From positions 1 to 45,523 of IMG/VR virus record IMGVR_UViG_3300025654_000017: 45,523 bases of DNA. One strand, 5' to 3'. Every line of letters begins with the position of its first letter. Within the stretch, counting starts at the first letter, position 1. This document shows, one piece after another, positions 24,701-32,879 of this stretch. The notes below the pieces were generated by a model. The model searched no databases and was not told where the DNA came from. It was given only the letters and a program-made list of their open reading frames with translations. A program made the translations under genes and the position numbers. This DNA comes from a virus (lineage: Duplodnaviria > Caudoviricetes).

Positions 24701-27700
24701 TCTTTCCGTATGCTATCCGCTTGCTGTAGATGCGCTCACGAACCTTGCGGAGTCTTGTCGCCATGTTCTTGTAGACATCAAGCTTGGAGTCTGGGTCTCG
24801 CATAAGAGCAGTTATGCGATCCATTACAATGTCCTCTGCTGGGGCTAGTGACATACTTATCTCATCCCTGCCAGCATCGAACCTCTGGCTCAGTGGGATC
24901 ACGTTGCCGTCTGAGTCGTAGGTTACTGGGTCTGCTGACTTGATTTGTGATGGGTCTCTGAATGCTATAGTGTTAGCTTCTTTTCCAGATGACTCCTGTA
25001 TTGTCATTGCGTCATACTTACTCAGCACAGCATCAACTACCTTGGAGTTTTCCCAAACTATATAGTTGCCCTCCTCAATCATCCTCATCATTTGAGGGTC
25101 GATCTCAGACTCAGACTTGACTCCGATAGACTCCATAATTTCAGCAGCGAACTCCCTCCAGTTAGCTGGCTCAAATATTTTATCTGCTCTTACGTATCCT
25201 TCTATAACACGTATGCCCATCTCCGACTGGGCGCGAGCCAACGTCATGCCGTCTAACGCATCACGCTGAATAGCTTTTTCTTTTTCAAAGACATCATCTA
25301 CAAGGTTTTGCGGGATATCATTCTCCCCATATTTAGCACCGAGTTCTTCAAGCGCACCTTCAACATATTCACGACTCTCCTGCCGTGCATCATCAAGTCT
25401 TTTTTGAACATCTGCTTCTGGATTCCTGTGTCCACCATACCCACGCGGATACGTCTCAGCCATCTTGCGATCCTTGGAGAAATATATTAATTTATTAGGG
25501 TCTCTATCACTATTAAACCTATCAAATAGTTTCTTTGTGCCATGATAAAGCTTCATCAGAGCGTTGTATCCCATAGACCTAGCCCTCTCATCCACCATAG
25601 CCTGTTGCTTGGTGGTGTCGCCAGCTTCAACTGCTGCTAGGTAGTCAGCGTCTTGGGCTGGGGTGATGGAGAAGGTAATATGCTCCTTAGCATCATACGA
25701 CTTATTCTGCTGGCTCATCATCTGACCAGCGATAGATGGGTACATCTCCTCAATGTTATGGATGTCCTTCATCTTGGCGACTGGCTGACCCTTGACTACG
25801 TATCCGTAGCTTAGGTGTTCCGTGACTCCAACCTCCTTAGCTGTTTGTATTGGAGATCCCTTCTCAATAGCGTCCAGCTTAATTAGCCCAACTACGTCAC
25901 CCTTCTTCATTCCCTTGAATGCAGGTTCTTCTATGGCTTCAACAATCTCTGACGCATTAGGGTAGCCACGCTTGTTTGAAAGCTGAACTCCTAAGAGTTT
26001 GCCATACATGGTGTCACCCTTCTTGTTCTTGCCGTCCTTGGTGTCAGCGGAGCGGGTTGACCTCGTAAGGTAGTGAGACCCCCTGTCGGACTGACCCATG
26101 TCTAGCATGAACTTACGGACTTGGTCATAGCTTGTGACACTCTCACCATCTCTGTGGTAGGTAGCCAAGGTCATTTCATCGACTGGATCTACTGGCTTCT
26201 CGCCTTTTTTCTTGGCGGCTACGGCGGCTTTCTTCTCCGCATTGCGCTTCTTATTGACAATAGACTTTATGGCAGACAAGCGAACCTTTTGGAACTCAGC
26301 CATAAACTCAGCCTTCTTTTCATCCGTGTCTAAGATGTTGTCCATTCTGTTGAGCCATATATTAGCAAAGGTCTTATTTCCCACCACGTTGCCCTCAGTC
26401 ATTAAGACGAGCTTGACGTAGCCTCCGTGCTGGGCGGCTCTGTCTACCACTGTCCGAGCGACACCTACTGAGTTAAAAGCCCACGCCACCCTTTCTTTGA
26501 GGTTCTCTAAAATAGACGGGTAGAACATACCTCCCTGTAAAGATACACCTTCAAATTCACCAACCCTCATTCTGTCGATGTGAATAGCCGATGTGGTGTC
26601 TGTCTCAGATAAAACCTTTCTTGCGATTTCCTCAGTCATCAGAGGGAACACCTCTGGTAGATACTTTGGAGACACACTGTATGATGGGTCAGTCCAATCT
26701 ATTTGAGGCTTGCTGTCGTCTGGTAGAATTGTTTCGGTTGGGGAGTCTGGGGCTGGAGTTCCAGCTTCCGTATCCGCTCCTTCGCCTACCTGCTTTTCTT
26801 CCTCTGACATTTCTGGCGCTATGGACAAAGTCTCGCCACCTAGCATTTCCTTCTGCGCCTCATCTGCCTGCCTGTCAATCTGCTCATCCATGTCCAGCCC
26901 AACAGAGTTGTCTAGGAGTGTCTGGAAATCCGCATCAATCTTACCCTCGGTCTGAAGCTTGAGCAAGTCCTCAGCTACCGTGGCAACCTTTGCAAAGAAG
27001 ATGCGTAGTGCATTAATGATAGATCCAAGGCTTCCAGTTTGGTCTTGCTGGTGTGCGTTATAAAAGTTTCCTACGGCAAGATCGGAGAACGCCTCAATCA
27101 TTTGCTGGTCGCTCATGCCATCAACATTGTCGGAAGATGTGAGCTTGTTGCCAGTTTCGTTCTGGTAGTTAATGATTTGTTCCTTGACCCAATTGCTGTC
27201 AATCAAGCCGCCCTTTATGATATCACGCAGGAATCCCTCGCTGCCCTCCTCTACCAAGTCGGCAATGTTTGCGCCCTCTGCGAGCCTAGCCACGTAGCCT
27301 CTGGCTTTCTTTCGTAGCCTGACCTCGCCCCTTGTGTGCCACTTGTCTAGGTCTGCCCTAGTCGCTGGTCGCACCTCGCCAGTCTTGATAAGCTCATGCT
27401 CAATACGCTCAAGAGCTTGAGCCATGCTCTTGTCTGACTTTTCAGCAAACTCCTTTAAGCCTACAATGGACTTGCCGAGCTTAACCTTTGCCCCCTTATG
27501 CTTTGACTCCAGTGTCTTTTTATGCTCAAGCATAGCCTGCACGTTGGCAGAAGCAGATGATAACGCATCAAGGTATCCCTCATTGATCTCCACTTTATGG
27601 GCGACCATCGCAGCATCAGCCTCCTCTTTATTGTCAAAGTTTTGGCTTGGTTTGTTCTCTGGGTAGGTGATCTTATACTGATCGCCATCCTGTGTTATCT

Positions 27701-29807
27701 GAGCGTCATACCTTTTGCTGTAGTCTCTGGCTAGTTTTTCAACCTCAAGTGCCGTCTTTTCATCTTCAGATCCCTTTTCGTTAACGTTATCCTCATATGC
27801 CTGCCACGCCTCAGCCTCCTCTTTGTCGGCAATACGATTTAACGCCCCTCCAGAAACAGCCTCATCTGAGAGGGACTTGCGCTCCTCTACTGTTTTTGCG
27901 TCAGACCCCTCCTTGAACATAAAATACTTCTTAAGGAAATCTGGTTCGTTGGCTATTGCCTCTGCCTGATCCCTGTTAAATCCGTGAACCATTACCCTGT
28001 CAACATCCGATAGCATATCGCTGGATGCCTTAGCGCCAATCATATCAAGTGCCGACTTTCCACCAGCCCCCAGAACTGCCAGCGGCAGCGTAGCAAAGAA
28101 TGTTCTTTCGTCATAAAGGAACATACTTTCCTCCCAATCCTCTGCGCTTACGTCTGGAATGTCGTCAGCGAACGCCCCCCATATTGATTGCATGATTGGG
28201 AGTGTTGCAGATTGTGCCGCCTCCTCTAAGTTTTCAATGGCAAGGATACCAGCTCCGCGCAAGCCGACCATGCCAAGCTTGCCAGCAATACCCTTTCCAG
28301 ACATATATCTCGAAACGGAAGGGAATGACTTGAATGCTCCCCTGAAGCTCAACCTCTCAATAGCACTCTGCACCGTGCCAGCACCAAGAGCAATCTGCCA
28401 CCTCTTTGAATGATCCATGTCGGGGTATAGACTACGCAACTTGATGTCGTTATCGGTGGACATACTTAATGTGTTTAAAGTCAAGCCAACCCCTTTTGGA
28501 AGTGCGGACGCGAGTTGATACGTGAGCGAGCCAGCAGAATCATAAACACCCTGAACGAATTTGTAGTCGCTTTTTATTTCAGATACAGTTTGTTTGATGC
28601 TGCCAAGGTCTTGCCGCAGCTCACGCTTTGACCTGTTGTAGTCTGCGTCACGCACCATTCCCTCTGGGTTTAATTCTAAGGCATCTCCTACGTTGGCTAT
28701 ATATGCATCAAGACCACGGGCAAAGGACTCGCCAGTCTTTCCAAAGAATCCAGCGTCCAGCTCTCCAGCGTTGTCTTCTGCCATCATATACATCAGCGCC
28801 AAAGTCCTTTGCCTTTGTTCCCGTGGCATTATGGCGAGTTGCTCTACGGCATCCTTTTGGTGTTTAGGGACATCAGTAAATGCGGACACCACCCCGCCCA
28901 TCATTTTCATGGGCATGATGTCAAACTTTAGTTTTGATTTTGCTCTTTCAGTGCGACCAGCTTCCTGTGAAAACCTTTCGTATAGCTCAGTGGCTTTGGA
29001 TAATTCCCCGCCGTATTCATTCATAAACGCAGACCGTGATGCGCTTGTCACCCTGCCGTTCTTGTCGTCCACAGAACCAGCCAGAGCCTCGTTAAGACTT
29101 TTTCCATTAAGAACAGAGCTGATGCCGTTCTGCCAGTTTGACTTGTCGTTCTCCCGCTCGGTTTTGCGTTGCGAAAGGTTGCCTTTTATGTGGTTGAACA
29201 CAGAGGAAACATCTGGGGTTTCCAAGCCGTTTGCCTGCGCGTAGCTTGACGCAAGCAAGTCCATATTCTTCATCACAGAATCAAAGCCCACCTCACTTGT
29301 TTCAGAGAAATAGTTGGCAACCGCCAGCCTTTCATATTCACTGGTCTTAAGGTCGGTAAACTCACCTTGCTTTTCCCCGCTAAACATCGGGTAATGATGA
29401 CTGTCTTCTCTTAGGGTTCTAGCTATATGCTCCTCCCTGTTTGTATGCTTATCTAAGTTCTGATAAGCTTCTGGATTGTCCAAAAGGTACTTATCAAGAA
29501 TGGGCGTAAATCTACGGTTTGCGTTAACTTGTTCTGGTGTGCTGGAGTTAAAGTGATCTTCCTGCAACCCGTAAAGTGACTGTTCAAATCTCCAAGGTTC
29601 TACCTTTGACTTATATTCCTCTACCCTGCCCATCTCTAAGGGTTCGCCCCCTGCATCTCTGGCATAAAAATCAAAGTCTTTTTGGGCTTTTACCCGTGCG
29701 TCTTCAATTTTACCTAGCTCAATTTGCTTTCGCCTGTTAATGTCAAGTATTCCCTCAACTCCTTCAACTTCACTAAGCTCATCGTTATTCAAGATTGGAT
29801 TGTCCAT
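21723..29807 (-). CDS. Giant internal virion / polyvalent protein with an ART-like domain
   Basis: 2694 aa in the T7 gp16 position; LYHGT..FDRF...IYFS...FRDPSQIKSADPVTYD..GNVIPLSQRFD domain. Confidence 0.8.
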   Translation of the reverse strand: MDNPILNNDELSEVEGVEGILDINRRKQIELGKIEDARVKAQKDFDFYARDAGGEPLEMGRVEEYKSKVEPWRFEQSLYGLQEDHFNSSTPEQVNANRRFTPILDKYLLDNPEAYQNLDKHTNREEHIARTLREDSHHYPMFSGEKQGEFTDLKTSEYERLAVANYFSETSEVGFDSVMKNMDLLASSYAQANGLETPDVSSVFNHIKGNLSQRKTERENDKSNWQNGISSVLNGKSLNEALAGSVDDKNGRVTSASRSAFMNEYGGELSKATELYERFSQEAGRTERAKSKLKFDIMPMKMMGGVVSAFTDVPKHQKDAVEQLAIMPREQRQRTLALMYMMAEDNAGELDAGFFGKTGESFARGLDAYIANVGDALELNPEGMVRDADYNRSKRELRQDLGSIKQTVSEIKSDYKFVQGVYDSAGSLTYQLASALPKGVGLTLNTLSMSTDNDIKLRSLYPDMDHSKRWQIALGAGTVQSAIERLSFRGAFKSFPSVSRYMSGKGIAGKLGMVGLRGAGILAIENLEEAAQSATLPIMQSIWGAFADDIPDVSAEDWEESMFLYDERTFFATLPLAVLGAGGKSALDMIGAKASSDMLSDVDRVMVHGFNRDQAEAIANEPDFLKKYFMFKEGSDAKTVEERKSLSDEAVSGGALNRIADKEEAEAWQAYEDNVNEKGSEDEKTALEVEKLARDYSKRYDAQITQDGDQYKITYPENKPSQNFDNKEEADAAMVAHKVEINEGYLDALSSASANVQAMLEHKKTLESKHKGAKVKLGKSIVGLKEFAEKSDKSMAQALERIEHELIKTGEVRPATRADLDKWHTRGEVRLRKKARGYVARLAEGANIADLVEEGSEGFLRDIIKGGLIDSNWVKEQIINYQNETGNKLTSSDNVDGMSDQQMIEAFSDLAVGNFYNAHQQDQTGSLGSIINALRIFFAKVATVAEDLLKLQTEGKIDADFQTLLDNSVGLDMDEQIDRQADEAQKEMLGGETLSIAPEMSEEEKQVGEGADTEAGTPAPDSPTETILPDDSKPQIDWTDPSYSVSPKYLPEVFPLMTEEIARKVLSETDTTSAIHIDRMRVGEFEGVSLQGGMFYPSILENLKERVAWAFNSVGVARTVVDRAAQHGGYVKLVLMTEGNVVGNKTFANIWLNRMDNILDTDEKKAEFMAEFQKVRLSAIKSIVNKKRNAEKKAAVAAKKKGEKPVDPVDEMTLATYHRDGESVTSYDQVRKFMLDMGQSDRGSHYLTRSTRSADTKDGKNKKGDTMYGKLLGVQLSNKRGYPNASEIVEAIEEPAFKGMKKGDVVGLIKLDAIEKGSPIQTAKEVGVTEHLSYGYVVKGQPVAKMKDIHNIEEMYPSIAGQMMSQQNKSYDAKEHITFSITPAQDADYLAAVEAGDTTKQQAMVDERARSMGYNALMKLYHGTKKLFDRFNSDRDPNKLIYFSKDRKMAETYPRGYGGHRNPEADVQKRLDDARQESREYVEGALEELGAKYGENDIPQNLVDDVFEKEKAIQRDALDGMTLARAQSEMGIRVIEGYVRADKIFEPANWREFAAEIMESIGVKSESEIDPQMMRMIEEGNYIVWENSKVVDAVLSKYDAMTIQESSGKEANTIAFRDPSQIKSADPVTYDSDGNVIPLSQRFDAGRDEISMSLAPAEDIVMDRITALMRDPDSKLDVYKNMATRLRKVRERIYSKRIAYGKITPESMSEADKEMDEREFIISSVAQIEAIERVLPPEVRRSLGTKKRASEYKTSKGFARYVSKRLDSVDTALEKYLRRELRASVSKLVKKSQPMSKSKASDSGQSKIGDVGHRVAEAALKAMKMTPEKAARAAQDERETLAEIEDPTIEKMQEHEDVAYIYEMFADFANADSNRLTMMRGLMKTNWDKGRKQWLDVLAKRREWKDNKVKAVVTSLKKMGKSITEKNNAGGMSSKIANAAREQLSFYNITDLLREDMKGAGAAVVGEMTDDLRRANNSFEWAQLQHKEEMKQVFSDIFGIKGTNKTARVQARLNSLAKAVDWGSRVTVVDRFNPDNRISVGNMSQLDLLKDWLAVQQLDLKDKYDTAGHDEQYRTQLDDVLDDDVKELGMWMQNKLRDMTPDTEKLHRSEYGLAMATVENYFPAVFEHRGKEETSLQIDGIDVAGVSKRPSAHKMRVNHNSDPKRQNAAHTFNHHIMQDAFWKSHAEVLRKWAGVLRNAEVQMAIKASKGAGFIAHLNKRLDDIETQGSAVAQIQLESDLFARSLGKGMSLGILGMKLSTIWKNFSALTNVALGVEARELISGLRPEVFREAKDLLKTETFQRRLKMGASVATRYALEGGTRGNVLFTTSERLAEVGVQGINLADTGSNMTMAIAYVARLRKLRSEGVVDAEARAQALDHVDDLMARYAQPTDRLSKSMFENRRMPLVTFLVMFQSEARKQMAINSLAVRKLLFGKGVQSRSLAAQQLLVQVVGVNLMIHVVSSLYAALFKGYGEGDDAEERFINDMKDGTKLASMMLSESFSGIPIAGELISGTVKRLMGQDVFSSSSNPLTRTFGTGTLQMLSTTAKWDERSASENADALLRGLQMLGSVAPQTAFLSQASNASRDALGFMNNTLSQGFSKADTLDIYEKRIKNVVRSVHAETKDEMKDAKDNKDKRMIRSIDTQRKEEIMGRSREIMLEMGDEMRGEFIKMQKESEKGIEKYIIKQLLVDF

Positions 29808-29825
29808 GTATGTATAAAGTGGTGA

Positions 29826-31490
29826 CTACTTGTTAAGCAATGCCTTAAGCTCAGCTTTTTCCTCTGGTGTCATCTGCTGAACAAACCCATCAAGCCCTTG
29901 TTCGCCTTGTGGGAGCAGAGAGCCGTTTGCTTCGCTTGCCCTGCGTGGCAGATCGTTGTAGCCACGAACCTTGCCCGTGTCAAGCTTGTTGGTGGGTTTT
30001 GGTGTGTTATATCTGTTCAGGTGTCGTTTTGCCTTGGTCTGTGTGGGCTTAATGATGCTCTCGTAAGCTCTCGTAACACGCTGCTCACCCATGACCTCGT
30101 TGGCTTTCTCCCTAACATCTGCAAGTGAAATTTCACCTGTTTGGTTTTCCACCCAAGCAAACAACTCAGCCTCAGCATCAGCCATTCGCCTCCGAGAAAC
30201 CTCTTGTTCCTGTAGTGATTTGTCTGTAAAGTGATCGGATTCTCTATCAGGCTCTATTTTAATGTCAGGAAGCCCCATGCCCATTTCTATGGGGGCTTGA
30301 TATTCATCCAGCAGTTCTCCCATTCCTTTTGCAGCAACTAGGACTTTTGTAATTTCTTTCTTGGCTGCTGTCTTGCTTTTTGCAGCCGCGCTTCCAGTGT
30401 CTTTTGATGCTGGGTTAATGCTGCGTATATACTGCGAGATCCACGGCTTTGCTTTTGCCTCCCGATAAATCTGAGCCTCTAGGTTATTATAAGCCTCGGC
30501 ATACTCGTATTGATTCATGTTTGGTCTTTGCTTTTCCAATTCGATTATGCGACCGTATGCGCCCATCACCTCGTCTTGCGTTACTGGCGCGTCACTCTTT
30601 ACACCAGCCCTAAGCTTTGCCAAGTTAGCGTCCGAGTATTGACTAAGTTTGCCATCCTCAATGAAATCCTCTAATTCCTTGCTTGTAAACTTGGTTGACG
30701 AGTACATCGCCACGGCAAGATTGTCTGCCTGCTCCCTTGCCTGCATAGCCTGCCTGCTGCGAGCTTCAGACATAAGCTTTTCTCTAGTTTCTCTGTCGTC
30801 TTTATAGTAGCCGTAGTGACCCTCGCTGTTTTCGATTTTGGAATATTCGCCCTTGGGGTCGGCATCAATCATGCTCATGCTGTCCTCGTAGACTAGCTGT
30901 TCCCCATACTTCTCACGCCCTCTAGCGTTCGTAAGTTTTTCCCTTGTATGCTCTGCCGTTGTTATCAAGCCCTCCTCCAACATCTTATCCCAGTGCTTGT
31001 CCGATGTGTCATAATCATCCCTTATGCGTGCATCAACAGCAACCGCCCTCACAGAGTCGCGTGCGTTCTCCAATAGAGCCTTGTGTGCCGTGTGTGACAC
31101 GCTAATGCCATGCTTACCAGAGAAGCCCTTGACGTATAGGTTGGTCTGGTTTCTCAGAGTCCCCGACATTTCCCTAGCGTCTATCTCCTTCTGCTTCTTC
31201 GACATGACATCGTCCCAGCCCTGTCTCCAGTTAACGGCATCGTTCGGGTTTGCCGCCATCTTCTGGTCAAACTCTGATCGTGTCTGGTCAAGCTCAAGCT
31301 GTAGGTCTGCCATCTTACCGATGTTGTGCTGCCTCTCAGCCTCCTCAAATAAGCCAGAGACTTCCATCCCCGCGCCCTCCAAGTCCTTGCTCATGCTGGC
31401 AAATGCTTTGCCCACTTGGCTCGCTGCGCCACTGCTCATGTTCACTCGGGTGTTGCCACCCTGAACCATTTTGTAATCAGGTAATTCCAT
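29826..31490 (-). CDS. Internal virion protein (gp15-like position)
   Basis: 554 aa, helical and charged; synteny. Confidence 0.6.
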   Translation of the reverse strand: MELPDYKMVQGGNTRVNMSSGAASQVGKAFASMSKDLEGAGMEVSGLFEEAERQHNIGKMADLQLELDQTRSEFDQKMAANPNDAVNWRQGWDDVMSKKQKEIDAREMSGTLRNQTNLYVKGFSGKHGISVSHTAHKALLENARDSVRAVAVDARIRDDYDTSDKHWDKMLEEGLITTAEHTREKLTNARGREKYGEQLVYEDSMSMIDADPKGEYSKIENSEGHYGYYKDDRETREKLMSEARSRQAMQAREQADNLAVAMYSSTKFTSKELEDFIEDGKLSQYSDANLAKLRAGVKSDAPVTQDEVMGAYGRIIELEKQRPNMNQYEYAEAYNNLEAQIYREAKAKPWISQYIRSINPASKDTGSAAAKSKTAAKKEITKVLVAAKGMGELLDEYQAPIEMGMGLPDIKIEPDRESDHFTDKSLQEQEVSRRRMADAEAELFAWVENQTGEISLADVREKANEVMGEQRVTRAYESIIKPTQTKAKRHLNRYNTPKPTNKLDTGKVRGYNDLPRRASEANGSLLPQGEQGLDGFVQQMTPEEKAELKALLNK

Positions 31491-31508
31491 ATGTTTAAAT
31501 TGTTATGC

Positions 31509-32021
31509 CTAGACTTTCTTCTCGTCAGCCTTCGCCTTTAATGCCTTCTTCAACTGAACGCCAGCCGTTGCTGTCTGACCAACGCCCTTAGCGAGCGTGC
31601 CGTAGATCGCATACTTGGATGCAGTCTGTGCCTGCTCACCCTCCCAGAGACTCATTGCTGCTTGCCCTTCGAGTTGCTGTGACCTAGTGGATGCTGTGTT
31701 CCAGATGTCGTCAACGTCAGTCTGGAGTCTCTCAGCCTTGTCTACAAGCATATCGCCCACAGCTCCAGCGTCAGTGAGTCCACTCCTAGCGCCCATAGCA
31801 CGTTGCCTAGCGATTGCACGCTTATTGTTCTCACGTTTACGGCGCATGTTGGTCTGCGCGGTATCCTCCTCGAACTTGGCTTGCTTTCTGGCTTGGTCTG
31901 CGTTCCATTTCGCTGACATCTCAGCACCCTTGGCGGCTGCCTTCTGTCCCTGAATGGACATGTAAGTCCCACCGACTGATGATGCGATTGCTACGGATGC
32001 TGCTATAACTCCCCACGACAT
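31509..32021 (-). CDS. Internal virion protein (gp14-like)
   Basis: Hydrophobic G/A N-terminus, coiled coil, QRAMGARSG motif. Confidence 0.7.
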   Translation of the reverse strand: MSWGVIAASVAIASSVGGTYMSIQGQKAAAKGAEMSAKWNADQARKQAKFEEDTAQTNMRRKRENNKRAIARQRAMGARSGLTDAGAVGDMLVDKAERLQTDVDDIWNTASTRSQQLEGQAAMSLWEGEQAQTASKYAIYGTLAKGVGQTATAGVQLKKALKAKADEKKV

Positions 32022-32025
32022 AATA

Positions 32026-32475
32026 TTATTTTGGTGTTGACTCCCTATACTGAGGGAGAAATTTTTGGTTTTCTAATTGTAAATGATTGAGTCTGGCAGG
32101 TTCAAGGATTTGCTCTGCTATTTTCTCGACATCGGTTTCATCGGTGATATGGAAGGTTGTCCATACCACATCTGTGAGCGCATGTCCAGCCCTCCTTGTG
32201 TTGGGCTTGGTTATTCCCGTATATGGGGCTTCGAGTATTACTCCACCCTCATCACTGGATATCTTAATCGCGCCCTCTGATATCACGAATGGATGCTCTG
32301 TCTTATGAACCATTGATGTGAGCATAGTCCCCGCTGGGATTCGCATCTCACGTATATACATACCTTCGGTAAATTTGTGCGTGATCGCAATTTCAGCACG
32401 GGGAAGGTGCAACAGGGCAACCTCAAGGTCATCCAGCAGTTGGTCTCTCTCCTTTATTTCTGCAATCTCGCTCAT
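32026..32475 (-). CDS. Cupin-fold protein
   Basis: HKFTEGMYIREMRIPAG...VHKTEH...TRRAGHALTDVVWTTFH. Confidence 0.75.
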   Translation of the reverse strand: MSEIAEIKERDQLLDDLEVALLHLPRAEIAITHKFTEGMYIREMRIPAGTMLTSMVHKTEHPFVISEGAIKISSDEGGVILEAPYTGITKPNTRRAGHALTDVVWTTFHITDETDVEKIAEQILEPARLNHLQLENQKFLPQYRESTPK

Positions 32476-32879
32476 TTTAGTATAAGGCTAAGGTTAGTGG
32501 CGTTGTTATCGATGACCTCAAACCCCCAGCGTTTGGCGCAAATCTTTCCAAGTGTCTCAGACCACGTAGTTCCGCGTATGATTTGATACTCGTCCTCCCT
32601 GAGCATGGAGAGTATTCTGTCCATCATAGCCGTAACGGCTCGTAGCTTGCGTATGGGCGACTTGAACGCTGGATTGGTAACCAGATGCTCTAGGAAGGCT
32701 ACTGCCACTCCCTCGCTCTTATACGCCCACACAGCGCATACAGGCTCTTCGTCTACTGAGGTCACTAAACCTAGGGTCTGTAGTTGTGAGAGGTGCGGAA
32801 CTGGACACCCAGAGTCCTTCCACCACTGAGAGATTGTCTCGTAGTCTTTATCTTCAAATATAGTTGTGCTTACCATCAT
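32472..32879 (-). CDS. GNAT-like protein (T7 gp13-like position)
   Basis: AFLEHLVTNP...KRWGF; directly after the nozzle gene. Confidence 0.6.
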   Translation of the reverse strand: MMVSTTIFEDKDYETISQWWKDSGCPVPHLSQLQTLGLVTSVDEEPVCAVWAYKSEGVAVAFLEHLVTNPAFKSPIRKLRAVTAMMDRILSMLREDEYQIIRGTTWSETLGKICAKRWGFEVIDNNATNLSLILK

